A DNA stretch of 63,560 bases, filler included, from Octopus bimaculoides (taxonomy: Eukaryota): NCBI RefSeq assembly GCF_001194135.2. It is 4 parts of 4 records of this genome, joined end to end, with 100 filler letters (N's around TTAATTAATTAA, not from the genome) between each part and the next. Parts side by side here need not be neighbours in the genome. Positions count along the whole stretch, not along the records: positions 1 to 29,290 come from NC_068997.1; 3 more parts are not named here. The stretch is one strand, 5' to 3'. A model generated the notes under the pieces. The model saw only the letters and a program-made list of their open reading frames with translations, was not told the DNA's origin and did no database searches. Every line of letters starts with the position of its first letter. Position 1 is the first letter of the stretch. This document shows, in pieces, positions 12,595 through 24,599 of this stretch. The position numbers and the translations under genes were made by a program.

Positions 12595-12780
12595 TATAGG
12601 GAGAATTCACGAAAAAACAACAGACGAAGACAGGTGGTGTAGACAACAAATGGATGTATTAGTATAACGCTCAGGAATAGAGAAAGTCTTTAACGTTTCG
12701 AGCCTACGCTCTTCAATAGAAAGGAACACAGAAAGAAACAAGGAGAGAAAAAATGTGTGTAGTGGTCAGCGATCTAAAAT
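12595..12780 (-). mobile_element. Short dispersed repeat carrying a hammerhead-like motif (PLE pLTR-like)
   Basis: Near-identical to the reverse complement of 22585-22713. Confidence 0.65.
12688..12723 (-). ncRNA. Minimal hammerhead-like motif with variant core (same family as 22614)
   Basis: Minus strand: CTTT-CTATTGA-A-GAGC-GTAG-GCTC-GAAAC-GTT-AAAG. Confidence 0.45.
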
Positions 12781-13071
12781 CATCAACATTTAATCTATCA
12801 TAATATTAATTGATCGTTACAATGTCTTCTACTATAGGGGTGGTGCTGAAATAAAGGTTACAGCAGGCATCGAAAATTTAATCTACTATAGTCAGATGGG
12901 GCTACACCATAGTAGGGTGGGTGATCAACCAGTTCAAAGCAACAGTCACGTACATTAACCATTAAAAGGATTTGTGTGCTAGAGCATTCTCCTGGTGAAA
13001 CAAGACCACTTTTAGAAATAATACATTTCTAAATCTCTCAGAGAGATTTATGCAGTAGTGATACGATGAAA

Positions 13072-13386
13072 TAGTTGTATGCTGTCAACTTAATGTGACA
13101 GTCCCATGAAGGGAATAATACTACTGTTGGTTAGACCCAGGAAGCTGCACCGCTTCCTATCGGCCTTGGCACATTTCCTGTGTCCTTATGTTTACAAGCA
13201 AAGACTCAGAAACATTTCTCTGGATGCAGGCTTAGCTGGGTAGAGGTGCTTGTCTCCGCCTTGTAAACATAAGGACACAGGAAATGTGTCAAGGCCGACA
13301 GGAAACGGTGCTGCTTCCTAGGGCTAAATAGCAGTAGTATTATTCCCTTCAGTGGACTGTCACATTAAGTTGACAACATACAACTA
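13072..13386. mobile_element. Long-TIR MITE (127-bp arms, 61-bp spacer, TA at both ends)
   Basis: Arms 13072-13198 and 13260-13386 are inverted copies (TAGTTGTATGCTGTCAACTTAATGTGACAGTCC...). Confidence 0.85.
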
Positions 13387-13394
13387 CTTCAAGA

Positions 13395-13615
13395 CCACTT
13401 TTGTTCGTATTCCTCGGAGTTTGGTCTTGATGACCTTTCGTAACTGCCTCAGAAAGCCGGCATAGTACTCTCCGTTGATGGCATGGCCTTTCTGAAGGTA
13501 ATCAATAAACACCATGTCTTTTTGCATCCCAAAAAGCCGAGGCCATCACCTTCCCTGCTGATGAAATGACCATGGTCACCTTTGGAGTGGGTAAGGAGGG
13601 GCACTAAGCGATTCT
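13395..13615 (-). mobile_element. Mariner transposase fragment, same family as 33195
   Basis: SSAGKVMAS, FWDAK, IDYLQKGHAINGEYYAGFLRQLRKVIKTK (frameshifted). Confidence 0.75.
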
Positions 13616-13701
13616 GCCAGCTACCCACTATTACCATCATCGCACCTTTCATAACAGCCATTACCTTGGGGTAACCTCCAACAGATTCAAGATATTTTAT
13701 A

Positions 13702-13805
13702 CAGGGTGTCCACAAAGTCTGGGTACATGGGGATTAACACATACTTTACGAAATTATTATTATGATTTTATTTATTCCATGTACCCGGACCTTGTGGACA
13801 CCCTG
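13702..13805. mobile_element. 104-bp Tc1/mariner-type MITE
   Basis: 29-bp TIR CAGGGTGTCCACAAAGTCTGGGTACATGG (2 mismatches) with TA target duplication. Confidence 0.85.
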
Positions 13806-13870
13806 TATAGTAGCCCAAACTCCCTCAGATTCCACTGTTCCTTCTTAAAAACGGGAAGGGTGCAGTAGAT

Positions 13871-14119
13871 CAGGGGTTTTCAGACTGTGGTCCGCGGACC
13901 ACAGGGGCTCCGCAAGGACAAGACATGGGGTCCGTGGACAGCAAATACTTTTTATGGGCAATTTGATTTGTTAAATACTGTTAAATAAATAAATGTAAAA
14001 ATATATGTTATTTTAAGCAAATATTTATGTATAAATTTCATAAGCGTTTATAAGGGGGTCCCTAAGGTAAAGCCTGAAATATAAAGGGGTCCGCCAGTCA
14101 AAAAGTTTGAAAACCCCTG
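13871..14119. mobile_element. hAT-type MITE
   Basis: TIR CAGGGGTTTTCA / TGAAAACCCCTG; perfect 8-bp TSD CAGTAGAT (13863-13870 and 14120-14127). Confidence 0.9.
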
Positions 14120-14254
14120 CAGTAGATAGTGTAATTCCTGAATATCTGTAAAAAGACGCAATGGTTATGGTTGGAAGGCCTCTCGTTATAAGCTTGGTTC
14201 AATCGGCGTTGACTAAGGGCTGAACCTTAATCTTGACCCCAACCCTAACAACAA

Positions 14255-14790
14255 CAATGACCATCAGCGTTAAAATCACCATCATATCTACTACAACCAT
14301 CGCAACCATTATCAAGTGCATTATTTTACCACCACCACCAGCACTACCACCTCAACCATCATGCCCACCACCACTGCCACCATAACAACCACCACTACAA
14401 CCACATCCACCACTACTAAAATTACCAACGAAACCACAAACACCACAGCCACCACAACCACCACTACCACCATCGCCGTCGCAACTGCAACTCTCACAAC
14501 CATTACCTACACCGCCACCATCACCCCACCCCACCAGCCTTAATGAAAAACACACTTTGCGACCTTCACTAATCTCATCACCACCATCATATTACCACGA
14601 CGACAACGACGCCCCACCACCACCACCGCACGCTCCATCAGCAACCATCCCCCACCGCCACTACGTCTGCCCACACTTCACTCCATCGTTTCGTGTCCTC
14701 GCTTCTCCCAGTAAGTAATTGAATGTTTAATTTCAAACATTCAATGCAACAACAACAGCAGCAACAAGACAAACAACTGCAATAACACCT
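14255..14790. repeat. Degenerate (CAC/CAA/CAT)n low-complexity tract
   Basis: Visible triplet periodicity. Confidence 0.9.
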
Positions 14791-15312
14791 ACAACAAATG
14801 TTGCACTGCTCCATGTTCTGTGCAATGTGTTGACAGCTGCACATTGCTTCAGATTTTGGCAACAATGTTCTGTGCACAAAGAATTCTTGAAACTACCCCC
14901 TCCGTTGTCTTCCTCTCCCTCTCACCCTTTCCCCTTCTCTCGGTTTCGCTTTCTTTATCTTTCTTAATATTAAATTTTTTTAACGCGTTTGTGTTAAAAT
15001 ACATGCAGAGATAAATGCACACACACCACACACATATATGTATGTATACATATATACATACATATGTATGTGTGTGTATATATAATTATATGTATATATG
15101 TGAGTGTGTATGTACATATATATGTATATATATATATAAATATTTGTATGTATGTATGTATGTATGTATATATACTTACATACATACATACATATGGATG
15201 TGCGAGTACATTTGTGTATATATGCATATGGCCATATATGTGTGTGTGTACATACACATATACAAGATATCTATATATACATACATACATATATATATAT
15301 AAATATATATAT

Positions 15313-15349
<37 letters not shown>

Positions 15350-15459
15350 CATACGAACCCATACGGACATGTATACACATACAAACGCATACATACAAAA
15401 ATATGTATATGTATATACATCTTTACATATACGTGTATGTTTTTCGCTGTGTGTGTATA

Positions 15460-15504
<45 letters not shown>

Positions 15505-16143
15505 NNNNNNNNNNNNNNNNNNNNNNNNNNNNNNNNNNNNNNNNNNNNNNNNNNNNNNNNNNNNNNNNNNNNNNNNNNNNNNNNNNNNNNNNNNNNNNNN
15601 NNNNNNNNNNNNNNNNNNNNNNNNNNNNNNNNNNNNNNNNNNNNNNNNNNNNNNNNNNNNNNNNNNNNNNNNNNNNNNNNNNNNNNNNNNNNNNNNNNNN
15701 NNNNNNNNNNNNNNNNNNNNNNNNNNNNNNNNNNNNNNNNNNNNNNNNNNNNNNNNNNNNNNNNNNNNNNNNNNNNNNNNNNNNNNNNNNNNNNNNNNNN
15801 NNNNNNNNNNNNNNNNNNNNNNNNNNNNNNNNNNNNNNNNNNNNNNNNNNNNNNNNNNNNNNNNNNNNNNNNNNNNNNNNNNNNNNNNNNNNNNNNNNNN
15901 NNNNNNNNNNNNNNNNNNNNNNNNNNNNNNNNNNNNNNNNNNNNNNNNNNNNNNNNNNNNNNNNNNNNNNNNNNNNNNNNNNNNNNNNNNNNNNNNNNNN
16001 NNNNNNNNNNNNNNNNNNNNNNNNNNNNNNNNNNNNNNNNNNNNNNNNNNNNNNNNNNNNNNNNNNNNNNNNNNNNNNNNNNNNNNNNNNNNNNNNNNNN
16101 NNNNNNNNNNNNNNNNNNNNNNNNNNNNNNNNNNNNNNNNNNN

Positions 16144-16181
<38 letters not shown>

Positions 16182-16966
16182 AACATATATATGTATGCAG
16201 ACATGCATGTGCTTACCTTTGTGTGTTAACGAACGCATTTGTAGTGTGTGTGTGTGTGTGTGTGTGTAAGAGTTTTAAAAATCTGGTTATAGACCTGAGC
16301 ATACAAGAGATGCCGGTGGAAAAAAAAAAACAATTATAAAAATAACAAAACGGTTAAGAATGGTTATAGTTATTGTCAGATCCCTAGAATCCATCCTAGA
16401 ATTCTCTCACGGGGAACCTAAATCGAAACAGCTCGGCATTTCTCAAGAAGATTTCCCCGGAGATCTTTAAAAGGCATCTAGTCGTATATTTTCCTCAACA
16501 TTCCCTAACAGGCACCCGCAATATGCTGCAAATAACGCAGAACAAACTCTGACAATTGGTTAACCCATCAAATCTTTAATCTATTAAGCTAAGTTACCAA
16601 GTATTTTGATAAACCCAATATATTTCGATGAACACCTGGATATATACACGAAGGGGACACAAAAGGCAAATGTAATGCTGAATCTTGCCAAACGCTGCTT
16701 TTATCTTTTCGGCGTCGATAAATAAAGTACCATTTCAATGCGGTGGTGGTGGTGGGGGGACGTTTTCTCCTCTATTTAACTGAATTTGCCAGCCGCTCTC
16801 TCTTTCTCTTTTTGTACACATACACACATACATACATGCATGCATACACACATACATACATAAACACATACAGTCTATCTATCTAAAGACAGGACGAACA
16901 TCTCAGGTCATTTAGAATATCTAATTAGAGTAAGGTGAATCAAAAACAGAAGCAGAAGTAAGTAAC

Positions 16967-17042
16967 GTCTTACAAGAGTGTCTGGGATATTCCAGGTAAT
17001 GGGTCAACACCCCCATACACTGGGTATTCTGTAATCAGAGAC
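16967..17042 (-). ncRNA. Degenerate hammerhead motif, same family (third copy)
   Basis: Minus strand: GTCT-CTGATTA-CAGAATACCCAG...CCCA-GACAC-TCTT-GTA-AGAC. Confidence 0.5.
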
Positions 17043-17201
17043 TAGGTGTGTATGCTGGAAAGTTCCAGACAAAGAATTCACAGTAGATAGAGGGATAAAA
17101 AAGGAGGAGAATGAAGTTCATAGTTCATCTTGTTCCGGACGGTATGGAGGTCAGTCCGTATTTCCGTGAAGGTGTAATCCCTTAAGTATAATCCCAGGTA
17201 A

Positions 17202-17562
17202 GTGGAGGCGCAATGGCCCAGTGGTTAGGGCAGCGGACTCGCGGTCATAGGATCGCGGTTTATTGAGCGAAAACACCTAAAAGCTCCACAAGGCTCCGGC
17301 AGAGGATGGTGGCGAACCCTGCTGTACTCTTTCACCACAACTTTCTCTCACTCTTACTTCCTGTTTCTGTTGTGCCTGTAATTCAAAGGGTCAGCCTTGT
17401 CACACTGTGTCACGCTGAATATCCCCAAGAACTACGTTAAGGGTACACGTGTCTGTGGAGTGCTCAGCCACTTGCACGTTAATTTCACGAGCAGGCTGTT
17501 CCGTTGATCGGATCAACTGGAACCCTCGACGTCGTTAGCGACGGAGTGCCAACAACAACAAC
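17202..17562 (+). mobile_element. SINE family E, end-to-end copy with B box deleted
   Basis: 12-bp TSD AATCCCAGGTAA (17190-17201 and 17563-17574); (AAC)n tail. Confidence 0.9.
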
Positions 17563-17939
17563 AATCCCAGGTAAATCCAGGCAATATTTTTAATGATTCC
17601 TTCAATCTGATATAACGCGCAGTCAGGAATCGAACACACAACCTTGCACACGATCGTGAACCAAATACTCTAGCCACTAAGCCACAAGCCTTCCCTCAAC
17701 TACTGACAAGTTAGTGACCACCCAGATAAGTAGATATGCCGTCTGATGTTGGTAGGGTTTTCGTCTTAGCAGTAAAAAGTGCTGAAGGCATAGTTCTGAT
17801 AGTTATGCATTACAAGAATGAGACATCGGTCATAAAAAGATATTCCAGTCGGACCATGATTTCTTGGAATGGTAATAATATTCTGACGGTGCGTCGTGTG
17901 TTTTAAGGTTCGTAGACACGCTAAACTCGCAGCCGCCTC

Positions 17940-18910
17940 CTCCGCCTCTACGATGACCACGACCACGACCACCGCCACCACCACCACTACTACCACCACC
18001 AATTTTAAAATGTGCACACAACGACACAGAAAAATTGCTTCTTGCTAAATTTACAACCAGGTGTAGAAACTTCAATGTCGGTGATGATGATGATAATAAT
18101 GATGATGATGATTACGAAAATGATGATTACGATGATGATGATGATGATAATAATGATGATGATGATGATGATGATGATGACGTTTGATAATCAAGATAGT
18201 CATCGTCATCGTCATCGTCGTCGTTGCACTTCCTGTCGTTACCAAAACCGCCGACGCCACGCCACCTCCCCCCACACTACCATACCACAATAACCACCAC
18301 CGCCACCGCCACCATTACTATCATGTCATCACTTTAATCATAGTCATAATTCTCCTCCTCCTCTTCCTCCTCTCCTCCTCTGCCTCCACTTACTCTACAT
18401 CATTAATACCTTAATCACTATTTTCCCCTTATCATCGACGTCATCACCGTCGTCGTGCCTATCATCATCATCATCATCATCATCATAATCATCATCACCG
18501 TGTTCTTTATTACCAATACCGCCACCACCGCCTCCAGTACCACCATACACATCGTGATTAAAATCAAAATCATTGTTCATTTCATATTGCCAAAATCGCA
18601 GTGGCCGTTGTCGTCGCCACCACCACCACCACTATCATCATCACCATCATGAACACCACCATCACCACCACCACCACCATGACCCCCCCACCACTACTAA
18701 CTACATTCCTCATCATCATCATCACCACCATCGTCGTCGTCGTCATCATTGTTATCATTGTCACCGCCTCCACCACAATTATCATCATCATCATCATCAT
18801 CATTGTCGTCCTTGTTTCCATTACCACGACCACCACTGTAACACACAATATCCATCTCACAGCGCCACCACCACCACCACCACCACCACTACCACCACCA
18901 CCACCACCTC
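17940..18910. repeat. Mosaic (CAC)n/(GAT)n/(CAT)n/(CGT)n tract
   Basis: Visible triplet periodicity. Confidence 0.9.
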
Positions 18911-19692
18911 TATTACTATTATATTTTCATATATCGTTATACATACACACACATACATATATATGTGTGTATGTATACATACATACACACTTATGTCCAT
19001 GCATATATANNNNNNNNNNNNNNNNNNNNNNNNNNNNNNNNNNNNNNNNNNNNNNNNNNNNNNNNNNNNNNNNNNNNNNNNNNNNNNNNNNNNNNNNNNN
19101 NNNNNNNNNNNNNNNNNNNNNNNNNNNNNNNNNNNNNNNNNNNNNNNNNNNNNNNNNNNNNNNNNNNNNNNNNNNNNNNNNNNNNNNNNNNNNNNNNNNN
19201 NNNNNNNNNNNNNNNNNNNNNNNNNNNNNNNNNNNNNNNNNNNNNNNNNNNNNNNNNNNNNNNNNNNNNNNNNNNNNNNNNNNNNNNNNNNNNNNNNNNN
19301 NNNNNNNNNNNNNNNNNNNNNNNNNNNNNNNNNNNNNNNNNNNNNNNNNNNNNNNNNNNNNNNNNNNNNNNNNNNNNNNNNNNNNNNNNNNNNNNNNNNN
19401 NNNNNNNNNNNNNNNNNNNNNNNNNNNNNNNNNNNNNNNNNNNNNNNNNNNNNNNNNNNNNNNNNNNNNNNNNNNNNNNNNNNNNNNNNNNNNNNNNNNN
19501 NNNNNNNNNNNNNNNNNNNNNNNNNNNNNNNNNNNNNNNNNNNNNNNNNNNNNNNNNNNNNNNNNNNNNNNNNNNNNNNNNNNNNNNNNNNNNNNNNNNN
19601 NNNNNNNNNNNNNNNNNNNNNNNNNNNNNNNNNNNNNNNNNNNNNATATATATATATATATAATGATGTTCAAATAGGGAATTTCGTGTGCT

Positions 19693-20975
19693 AGTGGAAG
19701 ATTATATAAGAATGACACCTTATTTACTGTTTCTAGGTGTGGTATGGTTAACTCAAACAAGTATAGGAAAATTTTGTTAAAGTTTTAGTACTATCTTCTA
19801 AGAGAATGTGTATAGTGGAGTAAATTTTCTGAATGTTACTTTGGACCTTAGTATGATTCGTATCACAAACCAAATGAGTACTTTAAATGCATGAATCGAA
19901 AATCTAATCATCCCAAATGAATTATAAATTCTATAATTAAGAGCGTCTCCCTTTGAATCTCTAAATTTTCAACCAGCGAAAATATATTTAAAAGAATGAG
20001 AATTACTAAAATTCAACTTTAGCCGAAGCTGATTATAAAGAGAAAATTCAATATGTTCTTAGTGGTGAAATTAAGAATATACATAAATATGCAGAAGTAT
20101 TAGAACAGATGAACAATGATAGCGATCACCATAATGATAAAAATGTAATTACTCAGTCATACTTTAATAGGAAGAATGACATATAAAGCTTTATTGATAA
20201 TAAAAAAAGCTGGTGTAGATATAGTGAGCAACAATTAAAAACTCTAATTAACAATAACAATAATAATATCAATAGAAATGGTAGTAATGGTAACAAGAAC
20301 AAGAACAATTATAATAATAAAAACTCTAGTAATAATGATAATAATAACCATAGTAATAATAATAATATTAATTATAGCAAAAATACAACCTTGTGTTATA
20401 TGTAAAGAATCTGAAATATCTAGTTCGAATAAGGAAGACATGTGTATATCAAATGTATCATATATTAATATAAAAGAGATTCATAGTTCAACACCTAATG
20501 TTGACAATAAATGGAATATGAAGATTTCGGATGCAAAATCTTTCAATAATAGACTTCACCTGTTATGTAATTTCAAAAATCGTTTAAAAGGCCCAATAAC
20601 CAATGCTTAAGAAAAAAAAAAAGACTAATTTACAAATATTCAGTATTAACTGGTCAATGTACTTACTATTATATAGGTATTTGCGCGACTAACTTTAAGT
20701 CAACATTATATGATCAAGTTTCAACGTTTAGACATAGAAGAAGGAAAATTTCATTTCTTTAAGTAAATTTGTCTGGGGCCTCAAAGAGAGGAATGTTAGG
20801 TACTATATTAAATCGTCAATCATAAAAAGCGCACTACCGTATAATGGGGGAGAAAAAAAACTGAAGTGTAACCTATGTCTCGAGGAGACACTTCATATAC
20901 TTACATCCAAATCTAACATATTAAATCAAAGAAATGAATTAACGTTAAGATGTATGCATTTATTTAGAAGAACTT
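19693..20975 (+). mobile_element. Degenerate Penelope-like retroelement: RT palm/thumb plus GIY-YIG endonuclease
   Basis: Translated fragments: GRLYKND (YRDD-like), VNFLNVTLDL, YHKPN...SNHP, YIGICATNFK (YIG at 20670-20678), LSKFVWGLKERN...CNLCLEE...LNQRNEL..CMH. Multiple stops and frameshifts. Confidence 0.8.
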
Positions 20976-20999
20976 TTAAAACCTTCCGAAATAAATAGA

Positions 21000-21950
21000 G
21001 TTGTGATTAGTGTACCCTAGCATAACAGTTGTGTTTGCTTTTCTCGGTCCGGTATATTTAGTATATTCAACGTTGCTAGCATTAGTCATTGGATTCACTA
21101 ACATTTATTTCATTTTATTATTTTAGTTATCTTAATTTTCTTCTTATTGTTCTTATTGTTTTTGTAATTGTTATTAGTAATTTTTAAAATCTTGTAATTA
21201 GATTGCTTAATTACTCTAAAATTTGTTTTAACATTTCTTGTTTAATATATTTTGAATTTTATTGCAATTATTTCAATTTTCAACTCTTTATTTCTATAGC
21301 AATTTTGTTTTTTAAATAGAATACCTTCCTTACTGACTAATATATTGGTTAATTTCCTTTAGAATTTTCATTAACTCAATACATCTTCTACTCATTGTTT
21401 ATATTTAGAATTAATACAAAGCAAATGTAATGAATAAAAAGTTTTGAATGGTACAACAGTGCACTATAATACAAAAACTGTACTATATACTTGTTGTAAT
21501 TTAGTTATCTATAGTCCGATGATATTTCGAAATACAATTCCTTCTTCAGATCTTCTTAGATGGAGTCTCTGCTATAAACTGTTTACTAACGGCTTTTCTT
21601 TTTTTTCCCGAAAGTGTCTCAGTAGTGGTCTCACGAAGCTCCTTCCGGAATTCCTCATGAGAAGTGCGTGAGGTCGGCTATGTTTCAATCTCGTGTGTGT
21701 TGGTATATCTGTAGCGCTGCTTCTAAGTTATGTGTTATACGTGCAGCTACACTTTTTTCTCCTTTTTTTTTGTTATACTTTCTCTGAGTATTTGACTTGT
21801 TCAGTATTCGTTTAAATGGGGTAGGAATTTTGCTATAAATATTCTTTGAGTTGCCGGGTGGGATTGAAGAAACCAAGTATCATGTTACAATTCTATCACG
21901 ATCTAATAAATATAATTCCTAAATAATTCTGCTGAAGCACCTCCCTGTCC
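21000..21950 (-). mobile_element. Probable inverted PLE 5' part / pseudo-LTR
   Basis: Strongly A-rich on minus with broken K/N-rich reading frames; carries the hammerhead at 21518-21552; abuts the 3' end of the plus-strand PLE. Confidence 0.4.
21518..21552 (-). ncRNA. Minimal type I hammerhead ribozyme with intact core
   Basis: Minus strand: GAT-CTGAAGA-A-GGAAT-TGT-ATTTC-GAAA-T-AT-C-ATC. This gives a 3-bp stem I, a 5-bp stem II, a palindromic ATAT stem III and an AUC cleavage triplet. It lies next to a Penelope-like element. Confidence 0.65.
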
Positions 21951-22413
21951 TTTATACTGGTCAAATATTGTTAGTTTTACTGCTATCTTCCTCAAAACGT
22001 TCTCTATTCCAATCAGTGTGGTATAGCTTTGATAAGCATAGGATCATTTTAAATTTCTCTATTTCTGCAGAATCTTAGTCGATTAAATATTAGATCGATC
22101 ATTGTATATGATTACTGCAACGGAGAAATTTGGAATTTGTCAGTCCATCAGAAATGTTCGTGAGCTGATTAAACAATGAATAATTCTCCCTTCTTTTGTG
22201 TTTTCTACTATAATCTGTAACATTATGTTAAATTTATTTGGTGTTTACAATTCGGATTTACAACCTGAACAGGTAGCAGAAAGTAAATTTACGGCTTGCG
22301 AGGAATACAATAGCTTTCACTGGTCAATTTAGCCAAGTTTTATCCCTACAGCGTGTTTCACTTGGTCTTTTAATCCCTCTATCTATCTGCCTGTCTGTTT
22401 GCTTGTCTATCTG

Positions 22414-22486
<73 letters not shown>

Positions 22487-22584
22487 TTATGTATGTATGT
22501 ACGTATGTTTTATGTATGTATGTATGTATTTATCTATCCTTTTGTCTATGTGTCTGTCTGTCTCTCCCTATACATACATATATA

Positions 22585-22713
22585 TTTTTCTCTCCTTGTT
22601 TCTTTCTGTGTTCCTTTCTGTTGAAGAGCGTAGGCTCGAAACGTTAAAGACTCTCTATTCCCGAGCGTTATACTAATACATCCGTTTGTTGTTTACACCA
22701 CCTGTCTTCGACT
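22585..22713 (+). mobile_element. Second copy of the 12595-12780 repeat (runs into a gap)
   Basis: Direct alignment to the reverse complement of 12625-12755. Confidence 0.65.
22614..22649 (+). ncRNA. Minimal hammerhead-like motif with variant core
   Basis: CTTT-CTGTTGA-A-GAGC-GTAG-GCTC-GAAAC-GTT-AAAG. Confidence 0.5.
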
Positions 22714-23597
22714 NNNNNNNNNNNNNNNNNNNNNNNNNNNNNNNNNNNNNNNNNNNNNNNNNNNNNNNNNNNNNNNNNNNNNNNNNNNNNNNNNNNNNNN
22801 NNNNNNNNNNNNNNNNNNNNNNNNNNNNNNNNNNNNNNNNNNNNNNNNNNNNNNNNNNNNNNNNNNNNNNNNNNNNNNNNNNNNNNNNNNNNNNNNNNNN
22901 NNNNNNNNNNNNNNNNNNNNNNNNNNNNNNNNNNNNNNNNNNNNNNNNNNNNNNNNNNNNNNNNNNNNNNNNNNNNNNNNNNNNNNNNNNNNNNNNNNNN
23001 NNNNNNNNNNNNNNNNNNNNNNNNNNNNNNNNNNNNNNNNNNNNNNNNNNNNNNNNNNNNNNNNNNNNNNNNNNNNNNNNNNNNNNNNNNNNNNNNNNNN
23101 NNNNNNNNNNNNNNNNNNNNNNNNNNNNNNNNNNNNNNNNNNNNNNNNNNNNNNNNNNNNNNNNNNNNNNNNNNNNNNNNNNNNNNNNNNNNNNNNNNNN
23201 NNNNNNNNNNNNNNNNNNNNNNNNNNNNNNNNNNNNNNNNNNNNNNNNNNNNNNNNNNNNNNNNNNNNNNNNNNNNNNNNNNNNNNNNNNNNNNNNNNNN
23301 NNNNNNNNNNNNNNNNNNNNNNNNNNNNNNNNNNNNNNNNNNNNNNNNNNNNNNNNNNNNNNNNNNNNNNNNNNNNNNNNNNNNNNNNNNNNNNNNNNNN
23401 NNNNNNNNNNNNNNNNNNNNNNNNNNNNNNNNNNNNNNNNNNNNNNNNNNNNNNNNNNNNNNNNNNNNNNNNNNNNNNNNNNNNNNNNNNNNNNNNNNNN
23501 NNNNNNNNNNNNNNNNNNNNNNNNNNNNNNNNNNNNNNNNNNNNNNNNNNNNNNNNNNNNNNNNNNNNNNNNNNNNNNNNNNNNNNNNNNNNNNNNN

Positions 23598-24568
23598 CGC
23601 CGCCGCCGCCGCCGCCGTCATTGTCCTCATCGTCTGCATTGTCTTCGCCGTAACCGTCATCGTGGAAGACGTTCCTTCGCTTATTTTCCATTCATAAGAT
23701 TCATTGAAATTATACATTCGTACAAACATTCAATCAGTCAGCCTCACTGAGACATTTCGAGAACTTTCTACACGATTTCTGCATTAAATCTTCATCCACT
23801 TACCTAAAACACGTCACCCCACCACCACCGTTACCTCAATAACTACCACCACTTCCACCACCACCACTACTACTAAAACCGCAGTCCCCTTATATTAAAT
23901 AAATGAAGAAAAAGACAGAATTATATCAGAAAACAACAATAGGAAAATAATAGTAAAAATATAAAAAGAAAAAAATTAAAACATTATACAAACAACAAAC
24001 AACGAGAAATAAACAATAAAAAAGAGAATGTTTTTTTTGTTTCGTTTCTTTTTTTGTTCTTTATTTCGTTCTTTTTCTTTCTTTTCTTTCTTTAATTTTG
24101 TTGTTGTTGTTTTTTTCGGAATCCATCTGGTTATCTTTCCTTACTTTTTAGCAAAAGAGTCTTCGGTCCATTTCCTGATAGATGTCTTTAGCTGCTGCTA
24201 TTGTAGTTGTTGTTGCTGTCGTCATCATCATCATCATCATCATCATCACCATCACCATCATCATCATCATCATCATCATTTTTGTTGTTGTTATTGTTAT
24301 CATTCAGCCACTGCTTCTGTCGTTGTTATATATAGATATATTTTTTTTTTTTATTGTTGTTATTATTGCGCTATCACTGGTGCTGGTGCTGTTTTCGTTG
24401 TTGTTGTTGTTGTTGTTGCCGCTGCTGCTGCTGCTGCTGCTACTGCTGTTGTTGTTGTTGTTGTTCTGGTTGTATGTCTTCACGGCCTCATTGATCAAGC
24501 TACACTCCCGCAGATTTGCAACAATAGTTAATAATAACAATAACAATAACACAAATACATCGACAGCC

Positions 24569-24599
<31 letters not shown>

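Larger units (their letters stand above)
16885..17590. mobile_element. Third copy of the ~385-bp hammerhead-bearing repeat, split by a SINE
   Basis: 16885-17201 plus 17563-17590 align to the left arm at 33820-34110. Confidence 0.8.

Noticed and set aside
14980-16238. Long ORFs made of YI/CV/HT repeats and X runs (here and throughout the track)
   Set aside because: Translations of dinucleotide microsatellites and N gaps.
16500-16710. Possible CR1/L2 RT remnant (FDEHLDIY..KANVMLNLAKRCF)
   Set aside because: A single short weak match; insufficient to annotate.
18012-18910. His-, Met- and Thr-rich ORFs (also 14316-14543, 24028-25554, 35193-35456)
   Set aside because: Degenerate triplet repeats or LTR interior; no splice or domain support.
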